DNA of 62,956 nt, counting the filler, from Octopus bimaculoides (taxonomy: Eukaryota): NCBI RefSeq assembly GCF_001194135.2. It is 5 parts of 5 records of this genome, joined end to end, with 100 filler letters (N's around TTAATTAATTAA, not from the genome) between each part and the next. Parts side by side here need not be neighbours in the genome. Positions count along the whole stretch, not along the records: positions 35,077 to 57,943 come from NC_068982.1; positions 58,044 to 60,118 come from NC_069003.1; positions 60,219 to 62,956 come from NC_068993.1; 2 more parts are not named here. One strand, 5' to 3'. This document shows, piece after piece, positions 51,520-62,956 of this stretch. The stretch's first letter is position 1. Every line of letters starts with the position of its first letter. A program made the translations under genes and the position numbers. Below the pieces are notes generated by a model. That model was not told the DNA's origin and searched no databases. It saw nothing but the letters and a program-made list of their open reading frames with translations.

Positions 51520-52219
51520 ACTTAAGTGATTGTGATTCAACACTCAACAATAGGGAATTCGAAGGGATATATGAAATTTTGAATTTAGTTCATGGTCCCC
51601 CACTACAACCTTTGCGGACCCTAGGTTGGGAATCACTGCCGCAAACTATGACGATGAGAAATGTGTACACATATTGTTATGAACTTTAATCCAATGACTC
51701 TGTATTAATGCTTCTACATCGTTCTTCTATTCAATATGGATATATACGTTTATGTTTTTGCTTCTTATTGTGTGTATGTATATGTATGTGTGTGTATGCA
51801 TGTGTCTTCGTATCTATATTTGCAAATATTCTTTTCTTTCTAGGCACAAGGCCCGAAATTTTGCGGAAGGGTGTCAGTCGATTGGATCGATCCCAGTAGA
51901 CAACTGATACTTAATTTATCGACCTCGAAAGGATGAAAGGCAAAGTCGACCTCGGCGAATATAGGGAACAAGGGATTCAGTATATGATGTTGATTCCATT
52001 CAATTATTCCAGACTAGTGTTTCCATTGTTGACAGTCAGATTTTCGCTTTTATTTGATTTTGCCTAAGCACTTGCGAACTACTTGCATTTTCTTTCTTTC
52101 ATACAATAGATAGGACATCTGAGAAATGAAGCACATCCTGTGTTTTTCTCTGGTTTCACGCCTTTCATATATCCCTTCGAATTCCCTATTCTTGAGTGTT
52201 GAATCACAATCACTTAAGT
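51520..52219. repeat. 57-bp inverted repeat (arms 51520-51576 and 52163-52219)
   Basis: Arms are 56/57 reverse-complement identical; 586-bp spacer. Confidence 0.9.
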
Positions 52220-53599
52220 ATTCATACGTTCTCCTCATTTCTATATAAAAGGAGCATGCATTCATATGAAACCTAGTACTTGCTGACATGAACATATTTA
52301 AAAGGACACTGTTTCACCATCTTCTTATGAAATTATCCACAGTATAAATAAATTCCGAATGTGTAAATCTTCGGCCCAATATATTCTCAGATAGCTTCTC
52401 AATTCAAATGTGAGAATTGTAGCATAACAATCTATGTGGATTTTTTTCTGATGGGCTCCAAATAGATATAGAGCCAGCTTTGGCTCAAGTATACTTGGGA
52501 TGAATCTAATTTCGGATTATATGAAGACAGACTCAATCTGGTTCATTGAAGGTGAATCTATATACACGCTAATTTAACGAATGCCTGTAATACGCACATC
52601 GAGGTGTTAAGAAGGTCCATATAACTATTTGTTTTTCAAGTTAATTTATATCTAATATTACTTTCAACATTCCCTTTCAGCTATTCTGTTCTGCTTGCAA
52701 CATATTTAAAGAAATATCACATTTACCATGTGAATCAATAACGCAGAAATCCTGCTTGCATGCCACTGAGAGCTTTTTTTAATATTCTGTTTTATTTCAT
52801 CACTGAGTTTCTGAAAAACGAGAAGGATTATGATAAAATAATTTTGATCGTTCAGGAAATGTCAGTTCCGCTAGTTACAGTGTCTCTCCCAGATTCTTTC
52901 TCCGTCGGATATGTATCTTGAAGTGGTATGGAAATGCATGTAAAATATTGCTTAACTATATGTGGGAATTCTTGTTTGGCCGTGTACATTTTATAAGATC
53001 TATTCAATTAAATAATATAATTAATATTATGAATACTTTAATTGAGCTTACAATTGTGCTTCCATTGTGTATATATATTTGTGAGCGTATTTCTTTGTGT
53101 GTGTGAGTGCGCGTCTGTGTGTCTGTGTGTGTGAATGCGCGCGCGTTTGTGCGTGTGTGTGCAAATAATTGGTGCGTTGAACGTAATCACTCTTGCATTT
53201 ATAGGGATGGAAATAGCAGTCGTCTGAAAAGAATCGTTGTAAAAATGAATGACCGGAAGTGATCATGCATGAAAGAGTTTTTAAATAGAATTACAGACAA
53301 ATACACACACACATATGTATATATATATGAATATATTTATGTATATGTATATATACATGCATATATATATATAAAGAGAGAAAGAGAGAGGGGGGAGATG
53401 AAGAGAGATAGTTAGATAGATTGATAGATAGAGAGTTATATATAAATATGTATATGTACAAGGAGTGTATGAAAAGTTTTGAGCCTAATCTAGAAACGGG
53501 GCTGCTATATAGATGAAACATATTTTTCTGGTAAGAATAGTCTTATCGGAGTATTCTTGCTCATTTTCATGATTCTGATATTTTAATTCTTTTTTTTTT

Positions 53600-53750
53600 T
53601 TTGCAGATTTTCGACTAAAGAAGCTTCGAGTTTAAAAGGAAAATGGAGAAAACTGAGTATCATGCTGCCATAAAGTACCTTCATTTAAAAGGCATGACTC
53701 CATCAAAAATCCATGAAGATACGGTGAGAACCTTAAGAAACAATGCTCGT
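53600..53750 (+). mobile_element. Mariner transposase N-terminal fragment (different family)
   Basis: ATG at 53643: MEKTEYHAAIKYLHLKGMTPSKIHEDTVRTLRNNAR, a typical mariner HTH start; truncated. Confidence 0.8.
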
Positions 53751-54977
53751 ATATATGTTTTAATGTCTATATATATAAGCATACAGAAAGGTTAGAGATT
53801 ATGTGTCAAGACAAAAAAAAATGTTTTGGAGTTCTCAAAATACAATAGTAGTAAGTTGTAAGTACGAATTCTTCATACAAGAACTGTATTGATCAAGTAT
53901 TTATCCCTTATGTATGAAGCTTTAGCCCTACAGGAATTGCACGATTATTATATTAGCCTATATGAACATTAATTTCTATTCTAAATTTTAACATTTCTTG
54001 CCAAGTCTGCCTTGCAGCTATTGAAGTATCCGTATATTTTAGTCATTATAATTTTAGCCGCAGTTCAGTTTAATTATTTTATACAACCAATACTGCTTGA
54101 CTTTTGATGGACCTTTTCAGATCATTGCTGGTTATAATGAAATATTTATATACATATTTGATGTATTTCAAAAAAATATTAGCCATTGCAATATCATATA
54201 TTGCAGAAAATTTGCAACAAATTATATATTCTTTCATATTATTGGTTCAGTTATATTTCACAACTCAGTTTTTTCTCTAGTTAACAATAAATGAACGAGC
54301 GTTGTCTTCCTACAAAACCTATTTGCTATTTACCGGTGGTACGCAGAATAATTGAAGCAAAACAAAACAAAAAAAAAACATCGATTTATATAGATATGTT
54401 TATGAAAATAAGTAGAAAAATCACGTATTCACTTATTTTGAGTGTGATTCTTGTAATATCTATTGCTTGCATTTTATTTTGTATTTTGGAGCAAGAAAAC
54501 CATAATGCTAATATTTTAGGACTTGCGTTCTATCACGATGCAACATTCGGAAAAAAAAATAAAGCAGAAATACATTATGATTTTTCTCCTTGGTTACAAA
54601 TACATACATGCAACGCATCCATTTATTACGACATAGAAAAACATAGAATACATACTACTAAAAATAATCAAAAAGAAAGAGTTGAAAGATAGCCAATAAT
54701 AAATTTGCAAAGATCTCCCATAAAAATAAAGGAATGTAAAGAAAGACACCAGCTATGTGGAATAAGATTACTGTCTCTATGTTTCCTTATATAATTCCCT
54801 CAACAGTTTGGTGAATTGCTTTTTTTTTTCTTTTGCAACGTATAACATTAACACGTCCGTTACAGGCTTTAAATAAGATGTTTCGGTTCGTTTTACAATA
54901 TTACATGAGAATTTTACTTTATTTTTTTTTTATGCTTATCTATGCTCCACTGCCGAGTGTAAAGAAATACTTTATTC

Positions 54978-55038
<61 letters not shown>

Positions 55039-55214
55039 TGGACGGGAAATTATTCGATAACAACGACCCCAGTTGTGCATGGTGCTTTATTTTATTGAAC
55101 TCGAAATAAGCAAGGGCAAAGATTTCCTCGGTGGTATTTGAACTCAGAAACGAGACAGCTGGGGAAATACTGCGAAGTATATATATCAGACGTGCTAATG
55201 ATTCAGCCAGTTCA

Positions 55215-55300
55215 CAGGATTTTAGGATTGATACTTGGATACCTAAGGTTTCAGGTATTAAACCGCTATCCACATAATTCCTGCCAGCCGTAACCAAACC
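55215..55300 (+). mobile_element. Probable R4/Dong-like 3' terminus followed by an (AAC)n(AAT)n array
   Basis: gatacctaaggtttcaggt... resembles the end-of-ORF/3' UTR of these elements and is followed directly by the 55300-55515 microsatellite. Confidence 0.35.
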
Positions 55301-55302
55301 AT

Positions 55303-55356
<54 letters not shown>

Positions 55357-55374
55357 AACAACAACAACAACAAC

Positions 55375-55406
<32 letters not shown>

Positions 55407-55417
55407 TAATAATAATA

Positions 55418-55476
<59 letters not shown>

Positions 55477-57943
55477 AGTAATAATAATAATACTCATAAT
55501 TATAATTATAATTATGCTCAAGAAAATGACCAGACGATAAAAACAGTGATTCGTAAAATATAGACGATACCTCTCAAAATGCAGCTTGAAGAGATAATAA
55601 AACGAACGTGTGTGCATTATGGAAATCTGAGAGGCCAGTAAAGTACGAACGACCCGGAAATATGCCGTAATAATATTACTGTATTAAAACAATGTTTTGT
55701 GAGAGAAATGTACAAATCATAGAGGATTAATCTGTTCTTTTTTAGAAGAAAAGATGCTGGACTTAACTATTCTCAGAATATTTTATAACAATATGACAAA
55801 TTTCACTTGTGCCATACTCACTATATATTTACATACCCGACAACATCTATTGACAAAAGATTTGTAATGCGCATGAGAACCTGAAAGATTGCTTGTAGAC
55901 GCAGGATGTGTTATATAAATCTGATAAATTATTGTATCTCTACGGCATGAACCTCTTATAAGCTCTTAAACTGTGAATATTAATTCATACTTATTTCATG
56001 GGATAGAATATTTTATTTGCTGATCGTAGCTCATGCATATATGTATAATTTACATAAATAAATGTATGCATTTAAACACGTTCAAAAGCACACCAAGATA
56101 AACATACATGCGCAGAAATATTTTTGGAAACAGTGATATATATATTTGGTAACATTTGGCGTGTTGTTAAATGTAGGAAATACAAGACAGCCGCTGATCA
56201 AATGTTGGTAACATAGCATTTCGTGGAGAAAAAAATTCAGGTAACTAAAATCACATAATTTCGAGCAATTGTACACTGCGTTCTCAATATTGTATAGACT
56301 AATGTACATCATATTTTTAAAACTGAATTTACAGATTTGAGTCTATGATAATACATATATAATACATACGTACATATATGCATACATGCATACACACATA
56401 CATGCATATGTCTGTGACTCCTGAGTCCGTGTGTATTTATGTATATGCCTGTGTTTTTTTGTGTTTCTCCAGCTGTTTATGTTTGTATGCATGTATGACA
56501 AACTCGAATATAATGACAGATAGATNNNNNNNNNNNNNNNNNNNNNNNNNNNNNNNNNNNNNNNNNNNNNNNNNNNNNNNNNNNNNNNNNNNNNNNNNNN
56601 NNNNNNNNNNNNNNNNNNNNNNNNNNNNNNNNNNNNNNNNNNNNNNTGTCTGTGACTCCTGAGTCCGTGTGTATTTATGTATATGCCTGTGTTTTTTTTG
56701 TGTTTCTCCAGCTGTTTATGTTTGTATGCATGTATGACAAACTCGAATATAATGACAGATAGATAATTTTACTCAAGGGGTATATATCAGAGTTTTCCAA
56801 AGTACCAATATCACCATTTTTTTTACTTCTAGATTCGGAGCTTTCTTACGCGGAATAGTTTAAAGCAATTCTATAGTGAAACAAGGTAATGATATATGTC
56901 ACACAATTTATGGAGATGCGCGCTAATATACATACACACAAATGGCTCTGTGGTAAGAACTTTGCTACCCAGCTATATGACTACAGTTTCAATCCCTCTG
57001 TGCGGCACTTTCGGCAAGCGAATACTACTCTAACTCTTTGGATCTGGTAGACAGAAACTAAAGGAAATCGGCCGATGTTTGATCAATAAGTATCAGGACT
57101 GTTGCTATAGTAACGAATCTAAAGCACGCAGAGTGAATCCGTTTGGCAGAGATTGACCTTGAATTCTGCTGTGTGCATGAGTACTAAATTTTAACGTTCT
57201 AACTTGCTTCGACTGTTTAGAGCTAGGAAGTAACGCATGTAGCTTGCGATTGTCGCATTGGCAATGACAGAAAAAGTAATCATGGCAATTCCTGTTCAGA
57301 GGTCAACGTGAAGTTGCAGAAAGTGTATAGAGAGAAGTGTATGAGTCGCACACAAGAATACGAGTAGATCAGACGTTACTAAAATGGCCGAAAATTGCGA
57401 TAGTGAAGAACGTTCTGGGAGACATGAAACGAACAGAACTCAGAAAAATCATTACAGCTGTGGGGAAAAATTGTCCTCGCAATTTAGCAGTTCGGCATAA
57501 AAGACAGATAGAATACGTACTATGCTTACATAGAATAATTCCTGGGGTCGATTCGTTCGAGTAAAGGTGCTGCTGAAGTATGGCCGCAGTCATATATCTG
57601 AAACCAGTAAAAGAGTAAAAGAAAACAAAGAATACATATGCATTCACATACACACATACACACACACGCACACATGTATATATATATAAAGAGAGAGAGA
57701 GAGAGAGAGAGAAAGTGAGAGAGAAAGAGAGAGAGAGATATGTATATTAATATATATATGTATATAAATATATGTGTGTGCTGTGTGGTAAGTAGCTTCC
57801 TTATCAACCACATTGTTTCTGGGTTCAGTAACACTGCGTGGCACCTTGGGCAAGTTTCTTCTATTAAACTAAAGCGTCGGGCCGACCAAAGTCTTGTGAG
57901 TGGATTTGGAAGACGGGCCTGAAGGAAGCCCGTAGTATATATA

Positions 57944-58043
57944 NNNNNNNNNNNNNNNNNNNNNNNNNNNNNNNNNNNNNNNNNNNNTTAATTAATTAAN
58001 NNNNNNNNNNNNNNNNNNNNNNNNNNNNNNNNNNNNNNNNNNN
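57944..58043. other. Artificial scaffold-join pad
   Basis: 44 N + TTAATTAATTAA (57988-57999) + 44 N. Confidence 0.93.
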
Positions 58044-58149
58044 AATAAATAAGCTAAGACATTTAGTAAAACAAGGTTATAAACATGGTTAAGTTGGTTA
58101 AAAGATTAATCGCAGTTTGGGTGGGAAACTTGAAATTTTAAATAAATAT

Positions 58150-59050
58150 AGGGTAATATCTTAGTCTTCGTCCTAACAAATATTTCTAAGGATCTGAAGG
58201 TTTACGATTCGAACTATTTGCTTACTACATCACCAATATTGAGAAAATTGAGTAAGTGGTAATTACGCACTACGTCATCAATATTTAGTTGCCCTGAAAT
58301 TTCTTGGTGAGGGAACCGCGTGTCTGATTAAACATGTAAGTGTTAATTAATAGTCGTAGTTTTAATAGTTGTAGTTTTATTGTCTTTTAAACAGTTTAAT
58401 TAGCTTTAAACATAGCAAGATTTATAATATTATTTTATTACAAGTAGTTTTATTAGTTGCTATTTATGAAATTTAAGTGCATATCAGTCACTGGTAATTT
58501 AAATTATAGCTTGTAGTGGTGATATATTGAGTGTGTAGTGTTTTGTCATTAACTTTTGAATGAGGAAATAATGTATTTCACTCATAAAATATATTCAATT
58601 AATTTCAATCGTGTTTTGTTTTGGAAAAAAATTCTATAAGGCTCCAACTTTCATTATAGTAGTATCTATGGAAGCTCGGTGGGATTATTATTTATATGGA
58701 CTTAAAGATTGATCGCAATTTAACATATAATTTAGTTATTGCATTTTACTATTAATACTGATAAAATATACATTGGATTAAATGTCTCTTGTGGTAGTTT
58801 TAGTAAAGTTAATGTTTAATCCTGCGTGTAAATTGAATGAAATTGTGTGGTTATTAAGCTTTTGCTTTTATATTACACTACGGAAGACGGTAAGGATTAT
58901 AATTTTGTATGAGTTAATAGACTTGTCGCTGTTTAGTTACGCATTCAGGAGTGGTTGTAATTTACCTATGGAGTTTACTTATTGATACGGTTGTACATTG
59001 GGTAAATGTGTTTCAAAGTTGTGGTTTCTTTAGTTTGTTTGTTCCCAGAC
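58150..59050 (-). mobile_element. Possible highly decayed Penelope-like element (GIY-YIG region and terminal repeat)
   Basis: A/C-rich sense strand; fragment KQKLNNHTISFN resembles the GIY-YIG-associated KxRxNNHxxSF motif; many stops, so weak. Confidence 0.3.
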
Positions 59051-59617
59051 AACACTTATTTTAGTGCTGTTGACACTGCCGGATTGAATGGTACTGTCCA
59101 GGTGTCGAAACCATAATGATATCCATGGGGCAGCTGATGATGGAGGTATGCTGGATTGTTGCTGTGGCTTTTTTGTATATGCAGATTAGTGTTATTGGAT
59201 TGTTGGTATGGCTGTGGAATTGTATTATAACACATCTTTTTGACACACACACACACGCACACACACACACACGCACTCACACACACACATATATATATAC
59301 ATACACATAATATTTTTTGTCTCTTACTTTTTCAGTGATTGGACTGTGGCCACGTTGGGGCGAAACCTTGGAGCGATTAGTCGAGCAAATCAAAACCCTC
59401 ATCTTTTTTTAAGCTTAGCAGTTATTCTGTGGTTTTCATTTTTGGGGGCCAAACAAGAAAGTTACTGGGACATAAACAAACCAACACTGGTTGTCAACTG
59501 GTTGTTGTTTTTGTTGTTGCTGATATTGGTTGTGGTGGTGGGGACAAGTACCAATACACAACAACATGCCCATACATAGAGACACGTGCGCTTACACACA
59601 TATACATATGTACATGT

Positions 59618-59683
<66 letters not shown>

Positions 59684-60118
59684 GTATATGCACATGTTTC
59701 ATTTGAAATAGGAACTGTAAAGTTATACATGTTGAATAAACATGTCAAAAAATTTCTATTAGAAATTCTTCAGACAGATCATCAAATAATATTGATTATT
59801 AGTTGATTCTCTGTGTAAAGATCTTGTAATAGGAAATTTCTTACAGATTTCTATCCAACATATACAATTTTGTGATTCATATTAGGAAATGAAACAATGT
59901 ACAATGGTGAGTAATTACTACCCAAAAGTAGATGGATAAGTTCAGTAACCTATCGGCGTATCGTAGTTCCCCTATCGCAGTTTATTATTTAAACTTACGT
60001 CGGTTCCTCTGTGGTGTTGTTTTATATATACAAATTATAAAAATAATTACAAAACATATACAGTACAGTACTGTTTTACTTTACGGATTTTCGCCTATCT
60101 GTATATATATATATATAT

Positions 60119-60218
60119 NNNNNNNNNNNNNNNNNNNNNNNNNNNNNNNNNNNNNNNNNNNNTTAATTAATTAANNNNNNNNNNNNNNNNNNNNNNNNNN
60201 NNNNNNNNNNNNNNNNNN
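60119..60218. other. Artificial scaffold-join pad
   Basis: 44 N + TTAATTAATTAA (60163-60174) + 44 N. Confidence 0.93.
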
Positions 60219-62855
60219 ATTGCTTGACAACTGATGTTGTGTGTTTCTGTCCCTGTAACTTGCTGGTTCAGCAACAGAGATCGATAGAATAGGTACTAAG
60301 ATTGTGAAGAATAAGTCCTGGGGTCAACTAGAAAAATCTTTAATGCGGTGCCCCAACATGGCTCCAGTCAAATGAGTGAAACAAATAAAAGAATAAAAGG
60401 ATATATATGTACGTGTGTTTGTATATACACTTGTCTTGGTATTCTGTAATGGTTGTAAATGAGCAATCATTGTCATACAAGCTAATTTGTTGATTTCTTC
60501 CCTTTTATGAAAAGCATGTCTGGCCATGGGGGAATATTACCTTGCCTGGGAACAGTTAAGAGTAGGCAACAGGAAGGGTATCCAACCATAAAAGAATCTG
60601 CTTCAACAGATTCTGTCTGACTCATGCAAGCATGGAAAAGTGGATGTTATATGATGATGATATTACGTTGGTTTTTGTTTTATTTTCTTCATATTCTCAT
60701 TGATTCCTTCCCGAAATATACCAACAAAAAAAAAACCAACAAAATAAATAAAGCTAATTCTACTCAGTAATGCCTACCAGTTTTTGAAGGACGACTTTGA
60801 GAGAAAATAAACCAACATTACTGTATAGATCCTGTTCCAGGTTAATCTAAAGCCCAATTTCCTGTGATGGAATGGTACAAATAAAGATTGTTTCTCACAC
60901 TGAGATAAGTACAGTTGAGAAGTTTGCTTCCTAACCACTTTGTTTTGAGTTCAATACCACTGTATGGCATCTTAGACAAGTGTCTTCTACTTTTGCCTCA
61001 ATGCTGACCAAAGCCTTGTGAGTAGATCTGGTAGATAGAAACTGAAAGAAGCCCATCATATATATGTGTGAGTGTATGTCTGTATGTTTGTATCCCCTTG
61101 TCTTGACATCACATGACAATATCATTTATTTCCTATATTCCACAAAAATATGTCTGGCCATCAGAAAGTATTATCTTGCATGGAAGCAAGTGAGGTTTGG
61201 TGACTGGAGGGAGCATCTAAGCCATAGAAAATCTTCCTCAGTAAATTCTTTTCTACTCTTGGCACAAGGCCTGAAATTTTGGGGGAGGAGGTCAGTCGAT
61301 TAGATCAACCCCAGTATGCAACTGGTACTTAATTTATTGACCCTGAAAGGATGAAAGGCAAAGTCAACCTCGGCAGAATTTGAACTCAGAAGGTAAATTT
61401 TGTCTGACTCATACAAGCATGAAAAGTGAATGTTAAAATGATGACAGCAGTGGCTGTGATGATGACAACAATGGTGACAACAACCACTGATCGATGATCA
61501 ACTCCAAAATATGACTGGTATTATTTATATTGATCCTGGAAGCATAGAAGTCTAAGTTTGATCCTTGACAGGATTTGAATTCAATGTAGAGGAACAAAAC
61601 ATTTTATTGATAATCATTTAATCTATTGTTCCACTGTCTAATCTATTATTTAATCTTTCATTCCACTTTTTCTTTCACATCACCAATCTCATCCACATGA
61701 TAATGATACAATAATCTCTGATAATGTCAAAAAAATTTGTTGCAGTAGGACATAGATAAAATTTGGGACCCCCTTCCACAAAATATTGAAGCAATGAAAA
61801 TAGTAACCATCTACAAGTAGTGATAAACATTCTGAGTGACCTCCTGTGTTTTTAGCTCATGAGTCTGTCTGAAAAGTTTGGCTGAGACAAAATATTACAG
61901 CTTGTGCTGTTCCACATTTGTATATTTAATGGCATTATAAGACCATCCTGGGCCTTTATGCAAAGTTGGTTCTCCTATAAAGCTTTTATTACACTAAAAA
62001 AATTTTTGGCTGAATATGTACTGGTAAAATTGGGATGCATCTAATATACATGTGCATCCTGTATGCCAACAATGCATGGTTAATTCAAAACAATGTGAAT
62101 AAATGAGCATTACATTTGACAGAGTAATCTGAATGCCAAAGAGTTAAGCTCCTTTTTTTTACTAGTTTAGATTCTCTTTTCACTCATTCTGGAGCTTCTG
62201 TATGCCTCCTGATCAATATCATCTTAAGTTATGGGTACACTAGCCTGTTGGCTGAGGGCCCTATGGTTCTAGAGACCCAATGCTTATCTATATGTCCTAT
62301 GATTGTGTATGTAAGGGCTCCTGTGTATTGTGCTGTCTGGATATCTAATTTTATCATTTACTTATTTCAGTCATAGGGTTTATCTGAACAAATTGACTTT
62401 AGTATTTTTTTTTTTAGGCCTAGTATTTATTTTATCGATTTCTTTTGCTAAACTGCTAAGTTACAAGTGCATACAGAAACCAGCACTGGTTGTCAAGCAA
62501 TATGGTGACATACATAGACACAAACACACACATGCATGTAGGCACACACACACACGTGCACAATATATTTTCGCATAGTCTTCATCTGCCAAATTCACTG
62601 AAAGAAGCCCAAGGTGGCGAACTGGCAGAAATGCCAGGCGAAATGCTTAGCAGTATTTCGTCTGCCGTTAGGTTCTGAGTTCAAATTCCGCTGAGGTTGA
62701 CTTTGCCTTTCATCCTTTCAGGGTCGATAAATTAAGTACCAGTTATGCACTGGGGTTGATATAATCGACTTAATCCCTTTGTCTGTCATTGTTTGTCCCC
62801 TTTATGTTTAGCCCCTTGTGGGCAATAAAGAAATAAGAAACTGAAAGAAGCCCGT

Positions 62856-62956
62856 CAGGAGAAATACCTAGCTAAGGATAAACCTCTGTACCTGGCTTTC
62901 GTTGACATGGAGAAAGCCTTTGACAGGGTCCCCCAATCCCTTATCTGGTGGTCAAT
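62856..62956 (+). mobile_element. RTE LINE fragment of the same family as 18780-20652 (runs off the window)
   Basis: Near-identical to 19687-19787 (QEKYLAKDKPLYLAFVDMEKAFDRVP). Confidence 0.9.

Noticed and set aside
56408-56764. ~118-bp direct duplication (56408-56525 and 56646-56764)
   Set aside because: Near-identical copies flank an N gap, the typical pattern of unmerged overlapping contig ends; most likely an assembly artefact.
58044-59060. Possible NUMT, suggested by the G/T strand skew
   Set aside because: I found no frame under the invertebrate mitochondrial code resembling COX, ND or CYTB, and no recognisable mitochondrial tRNA or rRNA.

Overview
AT-rich, microsatellite- and SINE-saturated animal genomic DNA, most likely a coleoid cephalopod (Octopus-type SINE/LINE/MITE families; inference). 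It is made of five assembly blocks joined by identical 100-nt pads (44 N + TTAATTAATTAA + 44 N). Firm calls: two minus-strand exons of an alkaline phosphatase gene (6387-6564 with the catalytic D-S-A motif; 2693-2859) whose intron phases match vertebrate ALPL exons 5-6, plus decayed RTE, R4/Dong, CRE, Tc1/mariner, hAT and piggyBac-like elements. The most interesting signal is absent from the ORF track: a chain of very short, phase-compatible minus-strand exons (14-63 nt) at 9.8-15.4 kb, with weaker candidates to 33.5/37.1 kb. They splice into an unrecognised helical/coiled-coil C-terminus (...TYDLLAILYEDRYLEQTAKTLQAAVILLQQKLKKLEN*) and lie in a CpG-depleted domain (~9-34.5 kb) consistent with gene-body methylation. 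A CCAAT/ETS/AP-1 promoter-like cluster with a split start (ATG GCT|GT) lies antisense inside the ALP intron. Most ORFs in the supplied track are microsatellite or repeat artefacts. No CRISPR, rRNA or bona fide tRNA genes were seen. Exon models were built by eye and are not validated by transcripts.
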